A stretch of 64,000 nt of DNA from Callorhinchus milii (lineage: Eukaryota). The stretch is from assembly GCF_018977255.1 (NCBI RefSeq), contig NW_024704743.1, positions 48,238,001 through 48,302,000 of the forward strand, written 5' to 3'. Both the position numbers and the translations under genes were made by a program. The notes below the pieces were generated by a model. It saw nothing but the letters and a program-made list of their open reading frames with translations, did not search any database and was not told the origin of the DNA. Positions 27,445 to 41,483 of this stretch are shown piece after piece. Position 1 is the first letter of the stretch. Each line of letters starts with the position of its first letter.

Positions 27445-27768
27445 GGAGTCCTGTAGCTCAGTGGTTAGAGCACTCGCTTTGCAAGCAAGAGACCTGAGTT
27501 CAATTCCAGGCAGGGCGAAACCTTGGGCAAGTTTCCTTACTCCACACACCTAATAATAATCCCTCCAAAACCCCAAAAAACAATAACAAATTGGTCATTT
27601 TCAATCTACGACCGTTTGTGGGACATTGCTGTGCGCAATTGGCTGCCGCGTTCGCCCACAAATATACAGTCAATTCACTTTACAGTGTGTTCTGTGAAGC
27701 GCTTTGGGACGTCCTCCCAACGTGAAAAGCGCTATATCAAATGCAAGGATTATTGTTATTATTATTAT
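27445..27768 (+). mobile_element. Full-length young tRNA-Ala-derived SINE (short subfamily)
   Basis: Head GGAGTCCTGTAGCTCAGTGGTTAGAGC (A box) and GAGTTCAATTCC (B box), an anticodon-like arm around TTTGCAA, an L2-like 3' stem-loop and a (TTA)n tail. Many copies occur in the window. Confidence 0.93.
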
Positions 27769-29177
27769 TTCTGGAAGGGAAACACAATAATATAGCTTAT
27801 ATTGTTTCTCAAACCTGACATCCGGCCCTCAAACAGGTTTGAGACACGTCTGTGGGCTACATAAGCAATATTTTACAGTTGGACCACCTTGCTGTAAAGC
27901 ATTCTGAGATGTTAGTCTATGTGAAAGTCAACACATAAATGCTAATGATTGCTGTTGTTATATGAAATTCTATCAAGTCAATCAAATATATAGTTTATAT
28001 ATCATGGTGTACTTGGGAGAAATTCTACCTTGATCTAGATTTACCCTGTTAATGCAGCATTTTAGAGCAACCAGAATCTGGAAAGTTGTTCAATTCAACA
28101 TTTATTTCTGGAGTTCTTAAAAGACTTACAAAAGAAGCTTCAAAACTAAGGCTGTATTTAAGAAGTTGCCAAATTCTGCACACTCTGAAATGGTAAGAAA
28201 AAAGAAGAAATCTAGACCCAAGTGGAATTTGTCTCCACACATTTCTTAGTTCACATCAGTACATGCATTTTGTAATAGGCTTTACATCCTGTATCACACA
28301 ATATTACACATATGAAACATTGAACAACTGACATCAATCAATATTCATATTCATCCTTTCGCCCACACAATATACAGTAAATTCACTTTACAGTATATTC
28401 TATTAAGCACTTTGAGACTTCTCAATGACACGGTAAGGCACTATATCGAATGCAAGGATTATTATATAGAATTATTATTATATTCATTAACATAACAACA
28501 ACTACCAACCGCATAAAGGACTTCAACAGATAAAACTTTGAAGGGACATTTGTAATGTATTACATATAATATATATTGTAGGCCTTTTGCATTTAAATCC
28601 CTTTTTGATCTTATAGTTTAGTACTATGAGTAATGTTTCCTGGTGAGATATTCTCATGTTTTGAATGTTTGAATGTATTTCAGCAATTTAGAAAATGAGA
28701 AGAAACTTAAAATAGGAAGAAAAATCCACGGTAATAAAGAAATAAAAATGTGATGTTTCTTAATTGAATGTGCTATCAAATTTGTTATTAATACTAATTT
28801 TGCAAACCAAAGGTTTAAAACCTCTAATGATAAACATAATCCTGTGTTCTCAGGAATCAAATAATACAGTTTAACTTTATGTAACATGTAGGATACACAC
28901 TCTATTGCTTAAAATAGTGTAAAAAAATGGGCTTGGAGATATCATCTTAATTTCTGCACTTTCCACCCCAACCCAGTGAATACTGCTCAATGGTCACAAA
29001 TTGCCAAATTATAGCTGTTGCAGCCCTATATGTGTAAAAATAGAAGAGAGCAAATGCAGTGACTTCCTCCAACAAAAGTGAAGACTATACTCTGATATGT
29101 AATTGAAGCCGTAACTCTCTGAGTCAGGTAGATGGGCAGCAGAAGACGTTTTTATATTTAGTTAACATTCACTTTAA

Positions 29178-29590
29178 GGAGTCCTGTAGGGTAGTGATTA
29201 GGGCACTTACCTCGCAAGTTTGATTCCCGGGCAGGGCGAAACCTTGGGCAAGTGTCCTTAATCCACACTCCTCTGTTTACCTAGCAGTAAGTAGGAACTC
29301 GGTTGTTAGTTGATTGACAGATCGCTCTCCATGGGTAATAATCCCTCAAAAAAAGTCCACAATTGTCTTAGGTGGAAGGCGAACTAGATGGACTTTGGTC
29401 TTTTCTTGTCTAGCATTTCTTATGTTCTTATGTTTTTGGAGCACTGCTGTGTGCAATTGTCTGCCGGGTTTCACCCACAATATACACGATAAATCCACTT
29501 TACAATATATTCTATGAAGCGCTTTGAGACATCTCAACCACATTATAAGGCACTATATCAAATGCAAGAATTATTATTATTATTATTATT
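29178..29590 (+). mobile_element. Long-subfamily SINE interrupted by a CR1 3'-end fragment (~29360-29432)
   Basis: SINE head and tail flank ggtggaaggcgaactagatggac...catttcttatgttcttatg. The reverse complement of that insert also occurs at ~7714-7780. Confidence 0.8.
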
Positions 29591-29804
29591 TTGGTACAAA
29601 TAGCATGATCTTTGATTCCATAGGAAAGTACAAAATGTGTGCTGGAGAAATAAAGCCATGTATCTGTAATCGCAAGGAAATGAGCACGTTCTTTCATCAC
29701 ACTGGTAGCAATTAGTGAAACCTTTCAGAATGATCCAGCTATTGAATGTGACTCGACAAGCACTGAAAAAAGCAAAGAACTGATAGGCAATCCAGTTTAG
29801 CAAT

Positions 29805-29882
29805 AGTTAGCAGGTCAGGCAGCATCTATGGAGAAAGGAAAGTGAGTCAACATTTCGGGTCCACGACCCTTCGTCATAACTG
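29805..29882 (-). mobile_element. Penelope-like element terminal relic carrying a degenerate minimal hammerhead motif
   Basis: Minus strand reads ATGACGA A GGGTC gtg GACCC GAAA tgttgac...ctccatagatgctgcctgacctgct. Confidence 0.6.
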
Positions 29883-32289
29883 ACCAGAATGGAACAAAAT
29901 GGAAGCCATCCTTCTGGATTGAACTAACATCTCCTTGCTCCTGAATCTGACTTTCTTTGCCTGTTCACAAGACGAATGACCTACATAGGGATCTCACTGA
30001 TTTCAGTGACTCTTAAGGTGATACTAAAAAATACCAGTGACCTTTGCTGGAAAATGTGTACTTGTGGACATCAGGGTAAGACATGATAACACAAGCTTGG
30101 CCATTACCCTTTCCACAGATAAATAGCCTGCTGACACTTACTTTCCAGGCTCACCCTTGAAGAATTGCTGGTGGCCATAAAACCATATGCTGCCAGGTCT
30201 GAAACTCTGGAGATGGGAAAAAAGGGAATCCCCATTATGTACTAATTTATTATGGATTATCGTTACAGGGATAAATAAATCTTTATAGCTTTTCATTTCT
30301 TTCTTATTTTTTCCCTCTTGAATGAATGTGACTCCTATTTTCCCTGGGCTTACAGATGCTCAAGCATTGGATCATTTCCAGGAAGTCATCTGAATTATAT
30401 TTATTTACGTGGATCGAATATGGCATCTGAAGGAAATTAGTACTTTTGTACTGATGTGTGTTATAAACAAGATTAGCAAAATTCACTAATTCAAGAAACA
30501 CCCTTTGGGTGTCATTATTCATACAATGCAGTGCAATTATGATTTGGGAACAAAAATATTAAGATAAAATTTAAACCTTTAGTCAGGAAGATTTTGTTTA
30601 AAATAGTCTACGTGGCAAAAAAAAATAGCACTACTGCTTTCTGCTCTACTGGTCAAAGTGCTCGGTGGACAGTGCGTAGTGGTCGATCCTTATAATGCAT
30701 TCTTGTGCAGGCTTCATAGAGCTAATCAATCAGTACACCATGCTCTGAAGGTTATGCCACTCTTGGGCATTTGGTATATCTCCCAATTAGTAAAACAATA
30801 TATGCAACCTGAGGAATAATGCAATAAATTAAAGTGCAGCATTGACTAGCTCTTTAAATATCGCTTCAACCTTTTGTTCTTTTTTGGAAAGAATTAAGAT
30901 GATCTTTTTTAACCTTTTGGTGTCCACTGTCAATAATTAACATTTCCAGTAGTTATATTGTACATATTTTAACCACTAACTAAGCATCATTTGATGCTGA
31001 ATTCAATCATGTGTTGTATCTTGTGCTCTAACATCCAGAATAGAACTTCATTTATTCTGCGTCCTCAGGACTGAAGACATCCAGAATATGGACAAAATTC
31101 TAGCACGTGAGGTTTTATTATGTTTAAACCAATGAATGCAAAATCAAATGGGAAAATTTATTTAAATAGTGTTTATCCAGAAAGGAATTGTCACTTCCAA
31201 GGTTTCTCATGACTCAATTTATACCTACCCACCCTCGGCTCCCAACCCCAGCTTGGGTCAAACACTGGATTGTCCAGCACCTTGGAAAATCTTACTGATG
31301 TGAAAGCTACTATATAAATGTAAATTTGTTGTTGTTGATAAATGACACTCATAAATAAGGCTCACAGATCATGAGAGGTTTTCATGAAAAAGGTCCTTTG
31401 GATCTCATCCTTCTTGAATACCTACCCTACCATTCTCCCATTACACCATGAAAATTGTTTCTTAAATGAGTCCAGTGTCCTTGTCTCAACCATTCTTCCT
31501 GCTAATTTTTTATAATTGTTAATTACTCTCTGGGTAAAGAAATAAGAAATACCTGGTATCTGTTCTGAAACTCCACCTTGCCACTCTGAAACTGCACATT
31601 CCTGTTCTGCTCGCTTGTTGCAGCTGAAAATATTGTTCTGGATTTATTTTCTAAATCCCACACATGCAGTGATCAAATGTGAGAACATTATCTAAATATA
31701 TCCTTTCCTTGTCAAAGGTACTGAGACCAATTTTACTCACCAACTGCACAGAATAGTTGTTTTTATTTCCCATAGCTTATTCTTGTCTGTATGGCACAGT
31801 TCAACACTACAACAATATGTTTATCAACTGAGCCATTGTAGGAACAGTTGACAGTGATGTGAATCACATTGGCTTCAGTCTATTGGCAGGAATAATGGCT
31901 GATCTAAGTGTGATTAATAGACCACATACTGCACATTTTACATAGCTGAGAAGTGGTTTCAGTTCACTGCAACATAAGAGCTACATTATATCTACAATCA
32001 AAACAGTATCACTGCCAGATTTGGCATGAGGTATGAGACCACTTGGAGGGGTTAATCTCCTTTTAACTGGTGTCATGGGATCTTTAAAGGCCATCAGAAC
32101 AGGTAGTCAGGACCTCAGTATAACTTCATAAGGGATGACAATGAGTGAAAAATCTGACATGAGATATGATGATATTACATGTCACATTTTTCACCCATAT
32201 ATGTGTAGGCGATACAAAAGATGTGTGTATACCTGTACTGTTTTTCTGCCCTGGACCAGGGAACTTAAATACACTGGATGTACAGAACA

Positions 32290-32950
32290 CCTCAGAGGGG
32301 TAGAGGAACAAAGGGATCTGAGAATCCAGATTTACAGGACTCTCAAAGTAGTAGCATGGGTAGACAAAGCCATAAAAGGTTCAAATAGTGTCCTTGGCTT
32401 TATTTACAAAGGAATTGAGTACAAAAATAGTATAAGTAGGCAAGTACAAAATTGACGAGGCATTCATCTAATCAGGAGTTTAGGAGGAACTTCTTTACAC
32501 AGAGGGTGGTGAGAATGTGGAACTCACTATGGGAACCGTGCTTGAAATAAATAACCAGTTTTTAGCTCTTTAAACTCTAGCAATACCCCAATGCACACTG
32601 TAGGGTGCCCAAACCTTGGCTCTTGTCAACCTGTGCCTCACACTTTCCAGAATTAGATACACAGGCTGTGTTCCTCTGGGGAAAGAGTGCACATTCCATT
32701 CCAAACGCAGGAATTGTCATTATAGGTCTCATGCATGGAACTCTGTCTAGTTTGGATAGTCTTAAACACGATGATGTCAGACACCCGGCTGACCAAAAAA
32801 AGACCAAATGGCATCAATATATTTAAGTGAAAATGTTGATGTATACATTAGGGAGAAGGCAATAGAGGGGAATAGGAGAGGGAAGCAAGGGGTTTTGGGG
32901 GCTCGGCATGAACTAATTGGGCTGAATGGCCTGTTTTCATGCTGTATCAC
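32290..32950 (+). mobile_element. CR1-clade LINE 3' fragment with deletions, interrupted at ~32580-32801
   Basis: Peptide GVEEQRDLRIQIYRTLKVVAWVDKAIKGSNSVLGFIYKGIEYKN, then ttctttacacagagggtggtgagaatgtggaactc (FFTQRVVRMWNS) and a gggctgaatggcctgtt tail. Confidence 0.88.
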
Positions 32951-33949
32951 TCTATGAAACCTACTGACCCAGATATGTTTGAAAAAAGATAGCACATTTG
33001 GAACTGACAAATTAAGATGACAGATTTAAAATTAATCTGGCAATTTTCGTGTGGAGAAATCAGCTTTAGGTATTAGATTCATTGCAAAAAAATAACATTG
33101 AGCTTGCTTGATTCCCCGAGTCTATATTAATTGTTTTTATTCCAAGGATAATTTCCATTGCTTTCTTACACAACCTCATGGAACTAAAATAATAACCTTT
33201 AGGACCCTGAACAAATAATTTTTTAGAGACATGGAGAAGAGTAAATAGTTTATAAATTAACTTCTGTATAATCAGAAAAAAAAATTGTGCCATTATTTTG
33301 TGAGGATTAGACTGACTTAGCTACCATCATGACAGAAATGGTAAATTACATTCATTAATTGGATTGTTTCCCAGTAAGTAGTAAAATTGGCAAGCAAAAC
33401 TCTAATGGGAAAGACTGTGTCGTTCATTTTTATTGCTGATTATGAATTTAAGCAGCTCTCTGTCTACTCTGGAGAAAGGGAAAATAACATGTTGAATATT
33501 GTTACTAAATAAAATGATCTTCGTTTTCACTACAAATTGTAAAATATTCATATTTATATCAAACAGCTCATGTATATTACTTTGAAGTATAAATATTTTT
33601 TAAAACCCAGTGTTGAAAACGCCATTTGCACAGACAACAAAAGTGAATAACCTTAATTTTCTATATCTTTAAGTTATTTTAGAAATATAAGATTTTCTGA
33701 CACTTTATCCAATTGTCATTATTCTAAATTTAATAGGAAATGTCAGATAATCAGAATATTTTGGACAGTAAATTCATGTTTATATTACAAAGTCATTTTA
33801 ATATGTTCTTGGTGCATATACAAGCTGTTTAAAATCACAAACTGAGCCAATATTAGAGGGTTTTTCAATCCCCAAAATTAAATCAAACAGTATTTTTAAA
33901 CTTTTGAAATTTTGTAAACCACATGATCATTAATGATCCAAATTTCTCC

Positions 33950-34157
33950 CCTCCCTTGCTACCTTCAAGACCCATCTCAAGACCCTCCTCTTTGACTGTG
34001 CTTTCAATCTCCCTGCTTCCCCCACTGCCCTCCACCTTCCCCGACCCCCAACCTTCAGCTCGGGTCCATAACTCTGTCTGTCCAGCACCTTGGGACGTCC
34101 TCCCGAGGTGAAAAGCGCTTTATAAATGCAATTTTGTTGCTATTGTTGTTGTTGTTG
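33950..34157 (+). mobile_element. L2 LINE extreme 3' end. Similar tails lie at ~7450-7585 (+), ~13300-13435 (+), ~31230-31337 (+), ~48455-48630 (-), ~50665-50722 (-), ~52462-52690 (-) and ~42190-42730 (-, split by a SINE)
   Basis: FKTHLKTLLF-type terminal codons, a C-rich UTR, the stem-loop ttgggacgtcctcccgaggtgaaaagcgct and a (GTT)n tail. Confidence 0.8.
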
Positions 34158-35334
34158 TAATTCACTGTATGGACCTGCGCCCGCATTAGCATGACTTCAC
34201 TGGATAGAACCTAAGTGGTACTAATCTAGTAATCAGAGAGCAGATCAAATATGTGCAATTTGTGTCCTGATCTATGCTGATTGTATTGGATTGTTTAGGA
34301 AATGAGTTGTTAGGACAGTAAGGTCATTTTCGGAGTTTAAATATGGTTCTGTTGACTGCCTTTTTTTGGTCAGCTGGGTCTGACACATCCGGATACCTAT
34401 CACCAGGCTTAAGAGTATCCAAGCCAAACTGAGACTTCCATGCATCCCACCTGCACATGAAAATTCCAAAGAAAAATTGTTGGAATGGAATACGCACTCA
34501 CTCCCTGGAGTGACGCATCCTGCTTACCTAATTCCGGAACGTATGAAGTGTAGGTTGGCAAGAGCCAAGGCTTGGGGACTCCAGAGCCGGATTCTAACCA
34601 ACTAAAACCACATAGCTTGTCACTGAAAGCTCTATCTGGTGAGTTTTCCTGCTGCTTGCTAGCTAGGACCGCTATACAAGTCAGAGCTTTGGCTTGCACG
34701 GTTAACAGTAACTGAATGGGAGGAGTCTCCGTCCACAGTGACTGGTCTTGACTATCTGGATGCTTTTTAACTGGTTCTAAAAGTTGTCTTCACACCAGTT
34801 CAATTACACATGGTCTCACAAAGCTGAGAGAATGGAATTTATTCTGGTGTCCTCACCAGCTCATTCCATATAAGTTGATCATTTACTTTATGGTTGATTG
34901 TGGGATCGTGTGTTCAAATTCGCTGTCTCGTTCTCCTTCAAATAGACAGTCATTATAATTGATAGTATTTGAGAGCTTGAGAATTTCAATATTGTAAGCA
35001 TGATATCAAATGCAAGGATTATTATTATAGCACTTCATATTAATTACATTTACTCTTTGAATATCCCAGATAGTTTAACACCATACTTGGGACCAGAAGG
35101 TTTAAAATTCTGGTCGGATCTTCATCCTTTTAATGTCAACAAAATAAACATGATGTCTAAAAAAAATATTTTTTGGTGGGAAGGTAACTCGAATTGAGCT
35201 TGTTTGAACTATATAACCATAGGAATGGATCTGAGGAGAATACTTGATAAAGCCCATTTGGCTCAATTCCCAAAGCTTAGTGATATGGCCATCTTGGACT
35301 TTTTCAACAAAAACCTGAACTGGTAGCATGATTA

Positions 35335-35671
35335 AAATAATAATAATACTTTTTGCATTTGATATAGTACCTTATATCATCTTCGAGATGTCTCAAAGCC
35401 CTTCACAGAATATACTGTAAAGTGAATTGCCTGTATATTTTGTGGGTAAAACATGGCAGTCAATTTGCGGACGACAGTGTCCCACAAACAGTCGTGGATT
35501 GAGTGACCAATTTATAATTTTTCTTTGGACGGAATTATTACCCCTGGAAAAACAATCCACCAATCATTTGACAACCAAGTTTCTTCTCACTGCTAGGTAA
35601 ACAGAAGGGTGTGGAATGAGGAAACTTGCCCAACGTTTTGCCCTGTGAGGTGAGGCGAGCTACAGGACTCC
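35335..35671 (-). mobile_element. Long-subfamily SINE with a deleted head. Further fragments lie at ~8497-8615, ~22365-22473, ~26960-27110, ~27140-27270, ~28357-28465, ~35726-35845 and ~36858-37056
   Basis: Similarity to the family consensus visible by eye. Confidence 0.8.
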
Positions 35672-38600
35672 ATAATTATAGCTGAATAAGTATATGGAAC
35701 TTATCAGTACTTCATACTGATAAGATAATAATAATAATAATCCTTGTTTTTGATATTGCACCTTATCAACTCTTTGAGATGTCTCAGAGTGCTTCACAGA
35801 ATAGACTGTAAAGTGAATTGACTGTATATTTTGTGTGAGAAATGCATGCTGTTGTCATTGCTACACTTAATGTAGTAAATTCTGTGGAACAGGATTCTTT
35901 TCATTGTTACTTACCTCATTGTTACTTATCTCAATAAAGAGCTACTCTCAACGTTCATCATCCGTCAGCATAGTGAAGGAAACAATTAGATACTGTACTG
36001 TTCTGCTTATTTATCTCTCATTACTGTGCCATTGACACTTGATGATATTCACTGAGTTATTATGCTTCCTAGTTCTATAACTATAGAACACTCCCAATTG
36101 GTACCAGAAGTGCAAGTAACAGCAGAAGTGGCAGGCTTGTTACAATACCACCCCAATGCATCACCCAAAAGAGATGGAAACCTGACTTCCTAATGAGGGA
36201 GTTAAAATGACTATATATTATGAGTAAGGTGTACAACGCTATCATGTTCGGCAAAAACCCAAAGGTACACACATAGAAAAATGACACTTTGGGGCACAGT
36301 GTATATGCAAACCTAGCATTAACACTTGGAAAGTAATGATTATTTAACTCCCATAGGCCTGCTTAAGTGATGATGTGTCAGAACAAATTTGTGATCATTT
36401 AAATTTATACTGAAGACGGCTGTGTGTGCTTTAATGAGCAAGAGGCTCAAAATATCAGTAGAAAAATCAATGAGACAAAATTTCACAAATATTTTCAAAT
36501 CACAAAATGAGTGGAACCGAATGTTCTGTACTGAACTATGACTGTGAAGCAACCATATTAGCTCACAATAACTGAATCAAAATAGGTGTTAATAGTCCAC
36601 AACCTCTGGAACACTCCTATGAGGAATGTTCCACTTACAGATGCAAGGCAATCAAATGGAAAAACAAGGCCAGCTAATAAAGCGCTTAAAACTGTATGAC
36701 ACTAATTATGTATAATTTCTATAGTACCATGGACAGACCAGTCAGTGTACCTCATCAACAGTACTAGGACATTTTGTTTTGGTCAGCAGGGTGTCTGACA
36801 CATGGCATATCCATTACCATGCTTAAGACTATGCAAGTCAGACTGAGAGTTGCACATATAATAATAATAATCCTTGCATTTGATATAGCGCTTTTCACAT
36901 CTTCTAGACATCTAGCTTCACAGAATAGACTGTAAAGTGAATTGACTGTACATTTGTGGGCGAAATGCAGCAGCCAATTGCACACAGCAGTGTCCCACAA
37001 ACAGTCGTGGTATGAAGTGACCAATTATTGTTTTTATTTTCCTGAGGGATTATAATCAGGCATTCCAGCAACAAAAAAACTGTTTTCACTAATTTCTTCT
37101 CAAAAGAATTGCTGCTAAATTGCTCACCAATGAATGAGAAACCATTTTTCTAAAGATGGGTGAGGGGTGGGGATGTTCAGTCCCAAACTCCTAATTAAAG
37201 ACAGATTTTAAAAGAATCTAATTTAATCACAATTTGTCTACTGTTCCTTAACTATCCCCAGAGGTACAATACATTCAACAAATCAAAACTGTAGAATGTG
37301 CCCTATTTACACTGCAGGACAGAATACACTGGTTTCTAAAGTCTTGAATTACAACTTTTTTTGCTGTTGTCAAGGAAAAGGTGGGAGGAGGAGAGGGAGG
37401 TCCATTCAGACAACAAAATGAGAACAGTAACTGACCCTGTCTGGCTATGAAGATAGAAGTGATGACTGACTCCAGCAAAGGCAATGGAAGGAAAGGTTAT
37501 GCTCACTGCCTCCAGAGTTGGAGGAAAACATTTGGAAGTAAAGCCTTCGCCTAATATACCACTGCAGGCTAGGCTGCTGTCAAAGACACCACTGTGATAA
37601 TAAGTACAGTATTAATTTTACTCACTCATACTGTTAGGGTCAGTAATTATTTCAAATAGACCTTGTTTCTTGCAAATGTGGCTGTCTCAGTTACCTTCAA
37701 ATAGATAGTCACTACATTTGACAGCAATTTTCTATTAAGAGCTTTAACATTTTTTGTTTTATTTTTGCTGCAAAATAAAGGCAGCAAAAATAAGCAAGAA
37801 GATATTGAATGTTATTTTTTACAATTGGCTGAGCTTTATAAAAGGATACTGATGGTGATAAAGACTCTTTAACATAAAGCGTTGCTGAACAATGTTTACA
37901 TAAGTGATTCTTTTACCAATAATCAATACTGCAGACAGCCAATAAATTACTAAGTTTTACACCCTACAAATGACATTTGCTGCATGGTCTGTGAAAGAGC
38001 CAATCTGCCAGTCAGCTGCAATACCTTCTCAAAGAGACCATTCTCTTTTTAGTCATGGTATCGACAAGCTTACAGAACGTGATGATATGAGTTTGTAATC
38101 AGAAATCCCATCATAAACTCACATTATCAATGTCTGCAAAGTTACAGTCCAGCAAATAGGTGTCAGTGTGACTCAATTGTTAACACCCTCACTAGCTGTG
38201 GGTTTAAGCCCCACATTATGACTGACATTTCAATGCAGTGCTGGGGGTATGCTGTATTGTTGGAGGTGTCACCTTTCAGAAGAGTTTGCTGAGGTGAACT
38301 TTCCCCATACCCTCTTAATGTCTACAACAAGGTAAACCTTTCATGTTATTATTTATTCCCCATTGTACATTTCCAAATAAATTAACTAATATCTGCAATA
38401 TTTTTAATCAATATGATTCAACGGGACACTGATAAAATAAAGCACCAGAAGGAGCTATCCATTCGATAGAAATATATACATTTGATATGCAGTTGCATAA
38501 TTTTTCTAATTCTTCAAATAGCTGCTTTTCCTGAAGATATTTGGATTTTAACCAGTGGTATGTGAATGATTGAAAACAATGGGTCTGGTTAGCAAGTGAT

Positions 38601-41483
38601 CATGCTTTGTAATACCATTTGTCAATATTTCTATGAGTAAGTATCACTTCAGTAGTGGGGGAAGACCTGAGTCAAGATATATTTTGCTTGAAATTACTTT
38701 TTAAATTTAATGTTCCAGCATCTTAGGCTGATATTTTCTTTTGGGAAACAGTTTCCACTATTAATTACAAATCACGAGTTTGAAAAGCAATAGAGAAACA
38801 ATATAAGAACAGACAGGGCATTTTGATAATTGTATTTTTGGTATTAGTTTAATCCTATCTCAAGAGACAGCATGGAAAAATATGTCTTGCAGATCAAATT
38901 TGGATATAATGAATGAGAGTGGAAACACTCTCATCTTTTCCAAACACACACATGCACACATAAAACTATAGTTTGGGCTTTAACAAGTGAACAGATTGTT
39001 AAGATTATAAAACACCTTTTATTCTTAGGAATATCATAGATTTACAGGCTATTTGATTGGGGAGAAGAAAATATTATTTTTCATTTATATTCCTGATGGA
39101 AATTGTTATGGGCGAAAATTACTTTTAAATCATTGACCTGATCCTCAAGTGGTAACTCAATCAAAATTAATCGGACCATCTGAAGGTGTACAACCAGCCA
39201 AGACACAAGATGTGCTTTATATTAAAGGCTATTCACCTCACAGATTTCTCAAACTGATTGGTATTTTTGGTATTATTTTTTCAAGTTGTTTTCATTCACT
39301 CTGCATTTAGTTATTTATTGCCTTATTATCTAAGAACACTAGGCCCTCTTTGCTGCTTTTTGGAAGAAGTTTTTTTTTCTAGTTATCCAGGTTTATATTC
39401 CCTCCTTATCTATTTTTTTTACCCCTAAATTCAAATGAATTGGCTTGTCATCCTGTTGATTATGGGACATTGTTGGCACAAATTAGCAGCTGCATTTGCC
39501 TATATAATAACATTCATTTAATTTCTAATTATACAATGTTATTTGCAAAGCTGGGAACAAGTCAATAGCTTTTGGAAGTGTAGATTGTTATATAATGCTC
39601 TCTGCTAAAAAAAAGATTGTAAACTCTCTTCAGTTACAAATATATGGCTGTGTGCCTTAGTAATTACCTGTGGTGAACACTGGGGTAATCAAATTGCAAT
39701 TGAGGCATCACTCCTTTCATAATTCCTATCCTTCATAAAATTCATATATGTTCATATATTTGCAAATTCTCCTTCAATCTGCAATTTATTTCAGAAATAA
39801 AAAAGGCATTTGGCCTAATAAGCTTATTCCCAGTTGATTGGTCCATTATTACATGTTTATTTATTTTATCCACAGCAAATTCCTTTAATTAAAAAGCTAC
39901 AAAGAAAATGCAACACTCATTCCAGTCCTCAACTGTACAGTTTTGTTAATACATACTGCATAATAGCAGTTGCTTAGCACATAAGCTGTATTTTAATATT
40001 GTGCCTTTATTGAAAGATATTGTAAAATTAGTCAAATTAAATTGTCAATTCTGTGGATTGTCCAGGTATGTGAAACATTGAAATACTGTAATTGGTTTTC
40101 ATTTACTGTTTTCTTTAGGCCAAATGCGTGGGTTGTATTTTAATGAAGCCTTTGTGTACTGCCAATGAATGTGTAAGGTAACTGTCAGATGCTATTCTTA
40201 ACATATTTACTTGACACCACCTAGTTTTATTTGATGGGTGTGGATTTATATTTATACTAAAAGTGCAGCGGGTCATCTGTGATGTCTGTACAAACACAGA
40301 TATGTTTAAGTCAACAAGTGTTGCTGAAACATGTCAATGCAATGAATAATCTAATTTGCTAAGGATGCCATTGGAGCTTTTACTTGTAAATCTTTAGCAG
40401 CCAGTGTTCTTTGCATTCGCTTTACATATGTAAAGCTCTGGTTACCCACATCCTATTGCTTTTTTTAAAAAAAAGTACTTTTGTCATTTCATTGGAATTC
40501 ATTCAATTCTTTAAATAGCCTGTTCTGAAAATTCTGCTCAAGCGCTGTTATGTTAATAGTCACAAGAGTTTCTGTTGCAACAGTTTACAACATTTGATTT
40601 TTATGAATTTCAAATAAAAAGTTGAAAAACAGTAAAGGCAGTTAGTAATAAAGATTGGTAGTGTGAATATGGCATTGAAACAATAGTTGTATCATTGTAT
40701 ATTTACATTTTGACATGATCCTTTGCAGTTCAGGATGAAAACACAGTTTACTGACCCAAAGCTATGATTGAAACTTAACTGTTTAGAGAATTATTCCTTT
40801 GTTTATAGAAGAGACTAAACTTCAGAACCATATGGTTTATTATAACCAGCGACCTTTGCTCTTCTCCTTTAATTTCTCGCTTTGGTGATCAGCAAATAAA
40901 CTTAAAAGTTACAGAGTTCTAGACAATTTACAAAATCTTTTTGGATTGGTGTTTTCTGATAGAGAATTATATTTTAGCCTGTTTTCAGCTCAGACTGATG
41001 GGATAAAAAATTCTTCTCTCTCTCTTATAAGTGTATGGTTCTTAGTGAAATGGTTGGTCAGTTCCTATTGGCATGGCCTCGTTATACAATTCAGCACAAA
41101 AATAAAAAAAAAGGTGGCTGATGTGAAAAATAAAAATATCACACTAGTGTTCTTCTGAGACTGGGTTTAAGGCAGATTTAGAGAGAATTCCACCTTGATT
41201 TACCAAATAGATACGACATTTTAGAGTGATTCTATTTTACAGAACTCTCTCTTTCACCATTACCCAAGCTCCCTATGTGGCTCCAAAAATATGTCAATGT
41301 TCACTTTTTTATTTTCTCTGCATAAGGTACAGACTGAGATTAAGCAAACATGTCATGGGACACAATATAGAGAAGGTGGTCAGAAGGTGCAGCTATGAAA
41401 AATGTTCTGGAAAATGTTCTTTTGCTTGATTTTCAACCAAAGTATAAATGCATAACTTTTGCCTTGGAAACTATATGGTTTGT

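Noticed and set aside
27445..27516. tRNA-Ala(TGC)-like sequence (also at 41827, 42248, 44450-44520 and others)
   Set aside because: These are SINE heads. Each continues into the same body and tail and lacks a proper acceptor stem and terminator.
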